A DNA stretch of 36,102 nucleotides, from assembly GCF_001194135.2 (NCBI RefSeq), contig NC_068997.1:584845-620946 (forward strand). The letters are read 5' to 3'. Each line of letters starts with the position of its first letter. Position 1 is the stretch's first letter. The position numbers were made by a program, and so were the translations under genes. This document shows positions 21,482-32,050 of the stretch, in pieces. Origin of the DNA: Octopus bimaculoides. Its lineage: Eukaryota. The notes beneath the pieces were generated by a model that made no database searches, was not told the origin of the DNA, and saw nothing but the letters and a program-made list of their open reading frames with translations.

Positions 21482-21609
21482 TCAACTTAATGTGACAGTC
21501 CCATGAAGGGAATACTACTACTGCTATTTAGCCTTAGGAAGCAGCACCGCTTCCTAGGGCTAAATAGCAGTAGTATTAATCCCTTCATGGGACTATCACA
21601 TTAAGTTGA
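21482..21609. repeat. Near-perfect fold-back hairpin, ~61-bp arms, 6-nt loop
   Basis: TCAACTTAATGTGACAGTCCCATGAAGGG...CTGCTATTTAGCCTTAGGAAGC-agcacc-GCTTCCTAGGGCTAAATAGCAG...CCCTTCATGGGACTATCACATTAAGTTGA. Confidence 0.92.
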
Positions 21610-21689
21610 CAGTATACAACTACTTCATCGCATTACTACTGCATAAATCTCTCTGAGAGATTTAGAAATGTATTATTTCTATTTCTTTT

Positions 21690-22490
21690 TTTCTTTTTCT
21701 GAATAATCTCATAATTCATCTAGCCAGTTGTCTGTACTAGTATGTACACATAATTATGCATCATTACTCATGTGGATTTCCAAGTCATGCACTGACTCCG
21801 AGATTGCAATATCCACTGGACCTGTGTATTCTAATTGCAGTCTGTTTGTAGGTGGATGTGAGAGCGCTTTGAACTGCATGTTGTTTTCTTCAGCCTTCTA
21901 GAATTCCTTTAGGTCTTTCTGTAGTTTTTGTGGTATCATTAGGGTTCTTGACTGCCTGTAACATTTTCGTACTATCAGTGTAGCTAGTGAGAGTGGCTAA
22001 CTATATAACAGCAGACATGTATGAGTGAGCCACAGCAAGCATTAGTGGTCTTAGTATAGCTCCTTGAGGGACTCCACTATGAAATGATGCCTCCTGGGTG
22101 GGGTACCGTTAGCGTGCAACTACCTGGCTCATATCTTTTTTTAAAAAGTCATGCAGTCATTCCTTTTTATATAAATTGCTAAGCTGCTGTTTCAGTACCC
22201 AATTATAACGCTGCAGTAGCTATGTGAAACCGTTCCTTCCTGAATGAAAGTCATGCTGCCTGTCAGTGGGCAAACTCTTTTCTTCTAGGAATGTAATCGG
22301 ATTCCTTCTGACAGTGTTCCATTACTTTATGTACGGAATCAAAGAGATAGACCTAAATATTTTTGCATCTTTTCTGCTTCTTCCTTTATGGAATATTATA
22401 CTTTCTTTTAAATTTTGTGGAAGTTCAGCACATGTAAAGAATCTCTGTAAAAAGTATCTGCAGTAGTTTTACCTGTGTCATTTTTTACAG
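21690..22490 (-). mobile_element. CR1-clade LINE RT remnant
   Basis: Minus strand: LPQNLKESII..HKGRSRKDAKIFRSISL, DRQHDFHSGR...LLQRYNWVLKQ, SGVPQGAILRPL, SYTDSTKM, LQKDL..AEENNMQF and VHDLEIHMSND. Confidence 0.85.
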
Positions 22491-22519
22491 CTTTAAAAAA
22501 ACAATTACTATTGATAAGA

Positions 22520-22950
22520 ATGTTGGCAAGTTGGATTAACTGCTTTGTAACATTTTGCTTGCGTCAGTCTAATTCCTGAGTTCAAATGACTCACTGTTGA
22601 TTCGAAGCCTCGTTCGTATGGCTCAGTTCAGTTCGCGATTACGTGAACTCAGGTTCCCATCCACCGAGAGACAGCTGGGGCAAGTGTTTTTTATCATAGC
22701 CTCAAATCAACGAAAACCTCCGAATAAAATTTGGTTGATAGAAATGCTGACGTTTCTCTTTATGGGTGTATAGACTTAATCTGTTACCTAGTTTAACCAT
22801 TACCTGGTCCGTGGGTTGTCTTTAGCAGAGTCCACTTTTTTGTAAGCTTTCTGGCCATGGATGCAGTCCGGGGTCAATGTAATCAACTATTCCCTTCACA
22901 CAAAATGTCAGGCCTTGTGCCTATAAAAGAAAAAATTATCATTATAATCA
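22520..22950 (+). mobile_element. Degraded SINE pieces (family A head and tail, family B/C head)
   Basis: CTGAGTTCAAAT B-box at ~22577, CTGGGGCAAGTG..ATCATAGCCTC at ~22675, and GGGGTCAATGTAATCAAC...GGCCTTGTGCCTATAAAAG at ~22870-22930. Confidence 0.45.
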
Positions 22951-23119
22951 TGTAATAATATTATTAGTGTATAATAAATTTGCTTATATGTCTGTACTAA
23001 TATGCAGGCTGCGCGTTATACAATTCAATTGTATATTTACAAAACGATGCAGATAAAGAAAGTTAGATCATCCGACCACCGGAACATAATGGTCAACTCT
23101 GAGCTTTTCAGTATACACA

Positions 23120-23440
23120 TATTTTATATATGCATGTATAGCAGCAATATATGACAAAAGTAGGGCTTCGGCAGTTACAAGTTGGAGTATATGATCGCAT
23201 CTATGTGTGCGTTTTTGTATTTGTTGTAGCATGCAATACTGGAGGCAATATCAATTAAGCATAAATAACTAAATTTGAAGTAAAGGACATTAAAATGATA
23301 CTAATGGATACTTGGAAAATTCTGTCTAATTAGGGAGAGGTTACCTTAAGCTCTGTTATGGATAGATTGCATGGTGGATTGAACCAGATTATCTCTCTCT
23401 TTCTCTCTTCTGGTTTGGGGGTGGGTGCCCTCAGAAAACG
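23120..23440 (-). mobile_element. Second PLE remnant (Neptune-like RT-to-endonuclease linker)
   Basis: Minus strand RKREIIWFNPPCNLS, frameshift, LSLIRQNFPSIH*YHFNVLYFKFSYLCLIDIASSIACYNK, frameshift, TCNCRSP..VIY. This matches the PLE pattern RxIIWFNPP...FLxLIxKxFP...HKIFN...KxSYSC..NI.S.I..HN...CNCR. Confidence 0.62.
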
Positions 23441-23715
23441 GTGCTAAGCTGAGTGGAACAGCAGTAGTTTTACACGAACAATAATATAACATGTGGATAA
23501 GGACTGTGAGTAATATATCTGTTCCTTGTTTTTCTGTCCGCACTCATATTTAAGGGATACATTGCTTACAAACACCCTAATATACTATGTTGGCTATAAA
23601 AAAACAACCTATATATTCTACTGTACATTATAGTAGCAAAATCAAACACTTTTAAAACATCAGCAATCTAATGTGTGTGTGTGTGTGTATGCATGTAATA
23701 ATGTATGTATATGTG

Positions 23716-23778
<63 letters not shown>

Positions 23779-23851
23779 TGTATATTTATATGCATGTGTA
23801 TATATCTTGATAATATATAACTATGTATGTGTGTGTTGATGTATGTGTGAG

Positions 23852-23887
<36 letters not shown>

Positions 23888-24019
23888 CTCACTTTCAACA
23901 TTGTGTTATTATACCCTAATTAGCTATGATTTTTCTATAAAAGTACAAGCATTTCCACCTAACGAGAAGCGGTCTGAAAGTTTCCGTTATAGGTCTCTCC
24001 TCTAATAAATTCGTGTAAG

Positions 24020-24340
24020 TTATGTTCTAAGGATCTGTTCTGAAACATGCAATATTTCTGATGCTTATAAATAATTCACCTGTCATAGCAATTAGATCAT
24101 TGACCTATTTACTGATAGTGCCACTTTAGTCTTACTTCTAAAAATTTCAATCTTGGACCTATTAGCAGACCTATTCAGTGATCTAACTCGGTTCATCATA
24201 CTATGGGGAAACAACTGGTTTCTTATATCTAATATTCCCAAAACCAACCTAGTACTTTTCCACCATTTTCTAAAATTCTTAACTTCTTTCTATTTCGATC
24301 GAGTGGACTACTTTGAAGGAGTTTCTTTCAGGTGGGAATT
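24020..24340 (+). mobile_element. L2/CR1-type LINE RT remnant
   Basis: *GSVLKHAIFLMLINNSP (QGSVLGP.LF...INDLP), LFTDSATL (YADD region) and DLFSDLTRFIILWGNNWFLISNIPKT. Confidence 0.65.
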
Positions 24341-24371
24341 TAAGACACCTGATTTTGAGATTCTTTTCTTC

Positions 24372-24714
24372 TTTTATTCTTTTACTTGTTTCATTCATTT
24401 GACTGCAGCCATGCTGGAGCATCGCCTTTAGTCGAACAAATCGACCCCGGGACTTGTTCTTTGTAAGCCTAGAACTTATTCTACCGCTCTATTTTGCCGA
24501 ACCGCTAAGTTATGGGGATGTAAACACACCAACATTGGTTGTCAAGCGATGGTGGTGGGGGACAAGCACAGACACACAAATATATCCACTCACAAGGCTT
24601 TGGTCAGCCCAAGCCTACAGCAGAAGACACTTGCCCAAGGTACCCCACAGTGAGACTGAACCCGGAACCATGTGGTCGGTAAGCATATTTCTTACTACAC
24701 AGCCACGCCCGCGC
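24372..24714 (-). mobile_element. Complete tRNA-derived CORE-like SINE (family B body joined to its head)
   Basis: Minus strand head GCGCGGGCGTGGCTGTGTAGTAAG...CCGGGTTCAGTCTC (A/B boxes), CORE-like CCTTGGGCAAGTGTCTT, a short central simple repeat, then the family B body and tail. Confidence 0.85.
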
Positions 24715-24749
24715 TTATTATGGCCTATGATGAAGAGGTTATAGAAACG

Positions 24750-24960
24750 TGAGCTTGTTCTACCATTCAAAAGTGTTTCTAACATCTGGAATTCTTCTTG
24801 TGTTAGATCCACGACTTACATTCCTTGTGGTGAAGACTATGTAGAATAGTACGTTGGTATAACAGGAGAGATACTCTATCAACATGCGCAATTAGAATGA
24901 CCTGTGCGAGTTAAAAAGTTATGGTCACTTTTTTATTATTTTCGGGACCACCTTCGTGTA
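24750..24960 (+). mobile_element. Mariner right-end fragment with TIR
   Basis: GAAGACTATGTAGAATAG...CAATTAGAATGACC is homologous to 28030-28110. It ends TTATTTTCGGGACCACCTTCGTGTA, resembling a mariner TIR. Confidence 0.55.
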
Positions 24961-25179
24961 TGTATATGCAAGTATGTGTACTGTATATATGTACATATAT
25001 ATCTCTATATGCATGTATATACATGTATGTGTGTGTGTGTGTTTGTGTTTGTGTTTGTGTGTGTGTAAGTATATGTGTATTTGTGAGTGTTTTTCTTTGA
25101 GTTTTATTTAAGCTCTTCTTATGAGAGTTTAAGCCGGTCGCTAACAAAGCGACGTTTTGAGTTAAGAGAGTCCCTGGCA

Positions 25180-25700
25180 CTTACAAATATGTGGTTGAGT
25201 TGGTGTATTGGTTGAATTGTCGATGCTCATACCCATCATCAAAATAATGCATCTCGGATGGAGAATTCGGAGCTGTCTTACAAATCTGCACTATGCTGCT
25301 AATAGATTGGATTTGGAGAATGTGTATCACTCTCGTCTGTTCTTTCTTCTGGTGGATCCATTGCTGACTTATTTGGGAAGATTTTAGCAAGCATACTGTC
25401 CACACTTGACAGACCGCAAACTCGAATGTGGAATCCAGTTGATGATGTGCGCTTTTTGTGATTTCAACAGCTCTATTATCAATTTAGTGAGGCAAACCTG
25501 GCCCTTTTCTACCATTATAACCATGGAATGTTTTCAGAGGAGCTTCATTTACTGGTCCCGTCAGTTTGGGGATTTTCCTTTAAAACTTGGTTAGCCAAAT
25601 TTAGGGAATCGTATCCGCATTTCCTGCGTTTCTCAAAAATATGTTGTAAATTCCATTTACAAAGCGTTTTTTCCAGAGCAGCTGAATTGTAGAATAAACT
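25180..25700 (-). mobile_element. Very degenerate CR1/L2-type fragment (tentative)
   Basis: Minus-strand words GKSP..DG, APLKTF, KAHII and PI.ISSIVQICK, in RT N-terminal order. Confidence 0.25.
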
Positions 25701-25799
25701 CTCTCCCTGTTGTTTTCTGGCGGTAAATGAACTTGATCTCATGGCTAGCAAGTGCCTTGCCTAATGTTGACCGTTTCCTTCATTATAATGTTTTAAAAA

Positions 25800-26012
25800 G
25801 GCAGTGAGCTGCCAGAATCGTAAGCACTCCGTGCAAAATGCTTAGCAGCATTTTGTCTGTCTTTACGTTCGAAGTTCAAATTCCGCTGAGGTCGACTTTA
25901 CCTTTCATTCTTTCAGGGTCGATAAAATAAGTACTAGCTGAGCACCGGAGTCCACATAGTCAACTTAGACCCACTCCTAAAATTGCTGGCCTTGTGCCAA
26001 AATTTGAAACCA
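25800..26012 (+). mobile_element. SINE family A, full length
   Basis: GGCAGTGAGCTGCCAGAATCG...GAAGTTCAAATTCC...GAGGTCGACTTTACCTTTCATTC...GGGTCGATAAAATAAGTAC...GGCCTTGTGCCAAAATTTGAAACC. Confidence 0.88.
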
Positions 26013-26940
26013 ATTTTTCAAAAGTTCTTTAATTACCGCTTCCTTTTACCTCGTAGTAAGTCCTTTAGTGTCCTCCCATTAACTGTATTTTATGGCCATC
26101 TCTTCTATAAATGCTATATCGAATTTTATTTAAATCTTTTATCAATAATTTTATTGCCCTCTTTTTATTTATATTAACTATCTATTTATAGAGATGTTTT
26201 TGTGACATTATCACATTTTCTGCCATTTTCTTAACCAAAAAGTATCCTAGAGGACTGACTTGGGGTAAAAGTGTTGCCTGCTGATTGAGGTTGAAAATAG
26301 AATTGATTACAGAATAAATTAATCAAATTCTTTCAGATTTACTTTGTTTGGTACATTAAAATTTATGCTTTACTGATCAAGTCATAACGAGGCCGAAACA
26401 TATCCTGTGTTGTCTTTCATGTTTACCAAAATAATTAGAACTATATTAGGCATTGACAAAAATTGTTTTCTTTTTTTCTTTCCTATTTTTTTTTTTGTTT
26501 TTGTTTTCCTTGCTTCATAATTTCTGGTTGGCATTTTGATGTTACCTCGCAATGATAACACGAACTCGACTCATTTTCGCCGTGCATGTGGCGTCTTTGG
26601 TTTACTTATTCCCGAAACTAATCTTTGAATCTAAGCCAATCAAACTTCAATCTGCTCGATAAATCAACCTGGTTTCTCAAGACATAAATTTTATGTCTCT
26701 GTTTAAATCTTCCTCCTGTTCGTTCTGTTCTTCAAATGTTATCTGAAGTAAGGGTTCGTATGTAGAGAAAAGTTTTAAAGTTAAGTTCGTTGCCAAAAAG
26801 GTGGTAGTGGAGTATTTAGAAAAGATGGAGCAACGAGATAGAATTAACTTTGTATTGAGAACATAATTTTGAATCTTTTCTGTTTAAAATTCTTTGTGAT
26901 ATTAATTCATTTCAATTTGCTTCTTAGATGGTTAAATATT

Positions 26941-27153
26941 GCTTTCAAATTTTGGCACAAGGTAAACAATTTCGGAGGAAGGAAATAAGTCGATTACATT
27001 GACCTCAGCACTCAACTGGTACTTATGTTATCGATCCCGAAAGGACGAAAGGCAAAGTCGACCTCAGCGTAGTTTGAACTCAGAACATAAAGACAGATGA
27101 AATGCCGCTAAACAATTTCCCCAGCGCGGTAACGATTCTGCCAGCTTGCTGCC
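26941..27153 (-). mobile_element. SINE family A, full length (followed by a head fragment at ~27160-27250)
   Basis: GCTTTCAAATTTTGGCACAAGG...CTGGTACTTATGTTATCGATCCCGAAAGGACGAAAGGCAAAGTCGACCTCAGC...ACGATTCTGCCAGCTTGCTGCC. Confidence 0.88.
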
Positions 27154-27454
27154 TTAAAAACGAAGCTGACCTCGGTGGGATTTGAACTCGAATCGCAGGC
27201 CACAAAGCATTCTCACCGATGCTGTAACGATTTTCTCAAAACGTTGCCTTAAGATTGTTAAATATTAATTTATCAGTTTGATCAAAGATTAGCTTCGATC
27301 AGCGTTTAGGATTAATTAAAGCATATTATACCATATTTGAAACTAAGAATGCTGTAATGTCGGCTGATGATTGTGTGTAGAATATGTGTTAAGTCGGTTG
27401 TGGTATATATTATAATGTCGGGGTGAATGTGTACGTACATGGTGTACAGGTTTC

Positions 27455-28112
27455 CAATCTGGTGACAGGGGATAAAATGTATGCGTATCTTTGTGATCCG
27501 AAAACGAAGGATCAGTCCATAGAATAGCATCTCGTGTCTTCTGCAGTCCTTAAAAAGTTCAAGAGCCAGCGATCGGCACAGAAACACATAGTGATTGTTT
27601 TGGAAGAATGACAAGGACGTCATTGCCCTTCATTTTCTGGAACATGGCTGTACCGTGGAGAGCAAATGGTACATGGAGACACTGAAAGAGCTTAGAAAAG
27701 GCATGAAGATGAAAAAAAAAATAATGAAACTGAACAAGAGTCTGAAAACGATTTACATCCTCCATGACAAAGCATTACTCATGAACACATCTTTGGAAAC
27801 AAATGAAGTGATGGAAAAACTGGGCTGGTTAGTAAGCCCTGGCACTCCATACAGCCAAGATTTAGTGCCTTTCGTCGTGCACTTTTTGGTGAAAGCAAGG
27901 ACAACGACTTGACATGGACGAGGTAAAAATCGTTGTGAAGAAGTGGTTACAGCAGTACACACCTGACGTTTTTCAAAAATGATTCAAGAGTTGGATTCAA
28001 AGATGGTTCAAATGCATTGCTTATGATGGATACTATGCTGAATAGCTGAAGTGTACGTTTGTATAAAGGAGGAGATATTCTGTTAACACGTGCAATTAGA
28101 ACGACCTATGTA
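27455..28112 (+). mobile_element. Mariner (DD34D-type) transposase remnant
   Basis: LVTGDKMYAYLCDPKTKDQSIE*, KKFKSQRSAQK, WKNDKDVIALHFLEHGCTVESKWYMETL, ILHDKA and LGWLVSPGTPYSQDLVP match the mariner motifs IVTGDE, VFWD..GV, LHDNA and LPHPPYSPDLAP. Confidence 0.88.
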
Positions 28113-28204
28113 ATTTAATGAAAAAGTAATGCTCACTTTTGCATTGCTTTCGGGACAACACTCGAATGTGTGTGAATAATGAATATATAGACGTATACAT
28201 ATAC

Positions 28205-28288
<84 letters not shown>

Positions 28289-28289
28289 T

Positions 28290-28325
<36 letters not shown>

Positions 28326-28385
28326 TATAAATACAACTTATGATGAAAGTAAACAAACAAAGTTTGTTTTAAAAGCGTTGAGATG

Positions 28386-28763
28386 TATAGAAAGACACAA
28401 AAATAATATTTTTTTTATTCTCAAACGCGTTATAATGCTAATAAAATAGCGTGAACAGGATAAATTATCCATACATTGCAGAAAAATACGTTACTGGCCA
28501 ACCATGATACTCGAACTCACATCACTGTCATTACGTGTCAAGTACTTTACCATTAAGCTAAACTGCCCAGCAACGAATTCTTCTGCAATTTTAGAACTTA
28601 TAAATTTAGCTTCATAAGATCACAGGGACATAAGTTCGAGTTTCATGGCTGGCCGGTAACGTATTTTTCTGCAACGTATGGATAATTTATACTGTTCGCG
28701 CTATTTTATTAGCATTATCACGCGTTTGAAAATGAAAAAAAAAAAACTCTGTGTCTTATATAT
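28386..28763. repeat. Fold-back element with ~120-bp inner arms (28413-28528 / 28622-28740) enclosing a tRNA-like sequence
   Basis: TCAAACGCGTTATAATGCTAATAAAATAGCGTGAACAGGATAAATTATCCATACATTGCAGAAAAATACGTTACTGGCCAACCATGATACTCGAAC matches the reverse complement of the right arm with few mismatches. Outer AAGACACA/TGTGTCTT also pair. Confidence 0.9.
28495..28568 (-). other. tRNA-like Pol III A/B-box module inside the fold-back; not a functional tRNA
   Basis: Minus strand GGGCAGTTTAGCTTAATGGTAAAGTACTTGACACGTAATGACAGTGATGTGAGTTCGAGTATCATGGTTGGCCA. A-box TAGCTTAATGG, B-box GAGTTCGAGT. Confidence 0.6.
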
Positions 28764-30280
28764 ATGTATATATAACATAAAGGTGTCAGATCTTGTTTAC
28801 ATGTGGTTGTAGATATTTAAGAAAGAGAAATATGTCATTTTTGCATATTTTTCTTTCTTATATATTTCGAAACGTCTAGATAGAATAGAGACAGCTGATG
28901 AAGGGATNNNNNNNNNNTGAATATTTCACGGAATTAATGGTAAACTTATTGGGTTATTTCTGAAAACATTGCCCAAAGAACCTGAAAGCGTATCGCCTGT
29001 GTGTTGTGTCTGTATCAAAAGAGAGTCGCTCATCTGCTAATCATTGAAAAGTGAAGGAAATTGGAATACGATGATTACTTGATGCACTTTATATATACAC
29101 TTTATATACTGTATGAACAATTTTATAGACTTAATACACAGCACTCTTTCATTTTCTCTCTCACTCTTCGCCTTACCCTCTTTTTCTCTCTCTTATTTTT
29201 TTTCGCTCTTTGCCGTTCCCTTCAACTAATCACGTGAAAGCATTGCAGACGGGCTAAGTAACGGACGAAAAAGACTTAGTTAAAAAGTTACACATTTCAC
29301 TCACCACTACGTCTCCCTCCCCTCCTCATCCCCTCCACCACCTCATTCCATCCACTCCTTATCTCCACCCCCTTCTCCTCCTCCTCCTGCATTTGTCTGC
29401 GGAATACTCAGTCATGTATACACGCTTTAATGTGTATGTGTGTGTATGTATGTGTGTGTGTGTGTGTGTNNNNNNNNNNNNNNNNNNNNNNNNNNNNNNN
29501 NNNNNNNNNNNNNNNNNNNNNNNNNNNNNNNNNNNNNNNNNNNNNNNNNNNNNNNNNNNNNNNNNNNNNNNNNNNNNNNNNNNNNNNNNNNNNNNNNNNN
29601 NNNNNNNNNNNNNNNNNNNNNNNNNNNNNNNNNNNNNNNNNNNNNNNNNNNNNNNNNNNNNNNNNNNNNNNNNNNNNNNNNNNNNNNNNNNNNNNNNNNN
29701 NNNNNNNNNNNNNNNNNNNNNNNNNNNNNNNNNNNNNNNNNNNNNNNNNNNNNNNNNNNNNNNNNNNNNNNNNNNNNNNNNNNNNNNNNNNNNNNNNNNN
29801 NNNNNNNNNNNNNNNNNNNNNNNNNNNNNNNNNNNNNNNNNNNNNNNNNNNNNNACACCCACACACACACACGCACACACACACGCACACACACCCACAC
29901 ACACACACGCACACACACACGCACACACACCACACACAGACAGAGTCGGTATTACACACACACACAACTCGGTATTACATACATATATGCTGTATTGCAC
30001 ATAATACAAACACATACACACGTTTAAAAGGAGGGAAATTAGACATTCCTTGTTGTTGTTGTTGTTTTTTGATATTTTCGTTTGATTAGTCAGAGAGGTT
30101 TTCTATTTTATGGAATTAGAAGTTTTGACATTCCTACGTTTCATAATAAATAACAAATAATGAATAATTAAATATGTAGACTGAATCTATGGAATAAAAT
30201 GGGTTTGAAATGAGAGATCTGTTTAAACTTATATATTCAACCTGGATTCATTTTTTCCGTCTCTCTCTCTCCTTATATAT

Positions 30281-30494
30281 ATCTTCTATCTTTTACTTCT
30301 CATTAGACTGCGGCCATACTGGGGCACCGCCTTGAAGAATTTTTTGTCGAGTGAATCGAACACAGTACTTTTTTCTTCTTTTAAACCTTGTACTTGTTCT
30401 ATCGGAATCTTTTGCCGAACCACTATGTTACAGGGACGTAAACACACTAACACCGGTTGTCAAGCGGTGGAAGTGACAAACAGACACAGAAAGA
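30281..30494 (-). mobile_element. SINE family B body/tail
   Basis: ATCTTTTACTTCTCATTAGACTGCGGCCATACTGGGGCACCGCCTTGAAG...GGGACGTAAACACACTAACACCGGTTGTCAAGCGGTGG. Confidence 0.85.
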
Positions 30495-30651
30495 TGCAAG
30501 TGTCAGCGTGGATGCTAATTCTCTGAACAGTTGCTGCGTAAGGCACCCACCTTTGCCATTTCTATGCAAAGGAGTGCAAACTCCGAGCAAGATTAAAAAG
30601 CCGCAACCGTGATGCTTTAAGAGAACAATGAAGCGATGGCATTACACAAAA

Positions 30652-30687
<36 letters not shown>

Positions 30688-30689
<2 letters not shown>

Positions 30690-30910
30690 CTTTTATCTTT
30701 TACTTGTTTCAGTCATTAGACTATGGTCATGCTGGGACACCGCTTTGACGAATTTTTAGTTGAATGTATCAACCCCAGGAATTATTTTTCTAATCCTGGT
30801 TCTTATTCTATCGGTCTCTTGCCGAACTGCTATTGTGCGAGGACGTAAACACACCAAAATTGGTTGTCAAGTTGTGGTCGGGGGGCAAACACAGACGCAA
30901 ATACACAAAT
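30688..30910 (-). mobile_element. SINE family B body/tail
   Basis: TCTTTTACTTGTTTCAGTCATTAGACTATGGTCATGCTGGGACACCGC...GGACGTAAACACACC...GGGGCAAACACAGAC, then CA repeat and a gap. Confidence 0.85.
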
Positions 30911-31479
30911 ACATACACACNNNNNNNNNNNNNNNNNNNNNNNNNNNNNNNNNNNNNNNNNNNNNNNNNNNNNNNNNNNNNNNNNNNNNNNNNNNNNNNN
31001 NNNNNNNNNNNNNNNNNNNNNNNNNNNNNNNNNNNNNNNNNNNNNNNNNNNNNNNNNNNNNNNNNNNNNNNNNNNNNNNNNNNNNNNNNNNNNNNNNNNN
31101 NNNNNNNNNNNNNNNNNNNNNNNNNNNNNNNNNNNNNNNNNNNNNNNNNNNNNNNNNNNNNNNNNNNNNNNNNNNNNNNNNNNNNNNNNNNNNNNNNNNN
31201 NNNNNNNNNNNNNNNNNNNNNNNNNNNNNNNNNNNNNNNNNNNNNNNNNNNNNNNNNNNNNNNNNNNNNNNNNNNNNNNNNNNNNNNNNNNNNNNNNNNN
31301 NNNNNNNNNNNNNNNNNNNNNNNNNNNNNNNNNNNNNNNNNNNNNNNNNNNNNNNNNNNNNNNNNNNNNNNNNNNNNNNNNNNNNNNNNNNNNNNNNNNN
31401 NNNNNNNNNNNNNNNNNNNNNNNNNNNNNNNNNNNNNNNNNNNNNNNNNNNNNNNNNNNNNNNNNNNNNNNNNNNNNNN

Positions 31480-31534
<55 letters not shown>

Positions 31535-32004
31535 ATACATTCATGCACATATACACATTTACACACACATATATATATTAGTACACGCGCGTGTGCATAC
31601 ACATAATGTAGTGCATTGCAAGTGTTTCTTACATCACAATGCAAACATAGATAGAAAAACTATAGCCCCTAGATATTGCTACCACCACTGAGTGGAATAG
31701 GATAAGTGTTACTATATCGACTCGAAGTTGACCTAGGAAGGAGTTGACCTCTATGTGGATCAAATAAAGCGGAATATTATCTTCGATGCTTTAACGACTC
31801 ATCTAATTCACCGCCATAAGGAGAAATTCTATTGAGTTATTCAATGAAATAGAAGAAGAAGAGAAATCATTAGAAATAGAGTTAAGGATATGGAAAGAGA
31901 ATCTGGAGAGCACTTGATCAAGAATGCGTGACAAAGGTTAAAAACGGAAGTGTAATTAACAGGCAGCACTTCCCTATTCGGACATAAAACACATTCCTGT
32001 TGTT

Positions 32005-32050
<46 letters not shown>

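Noticed and set aside
12608-28568. The two tRNA-like sequences (12608-12680, 28495-28568) as real tRNA genes
   Set aside because: Acceptor, D and anticodon stems are mismatched, and both are embedded in repeats. They are treated as tRNA-derived promoter modules.
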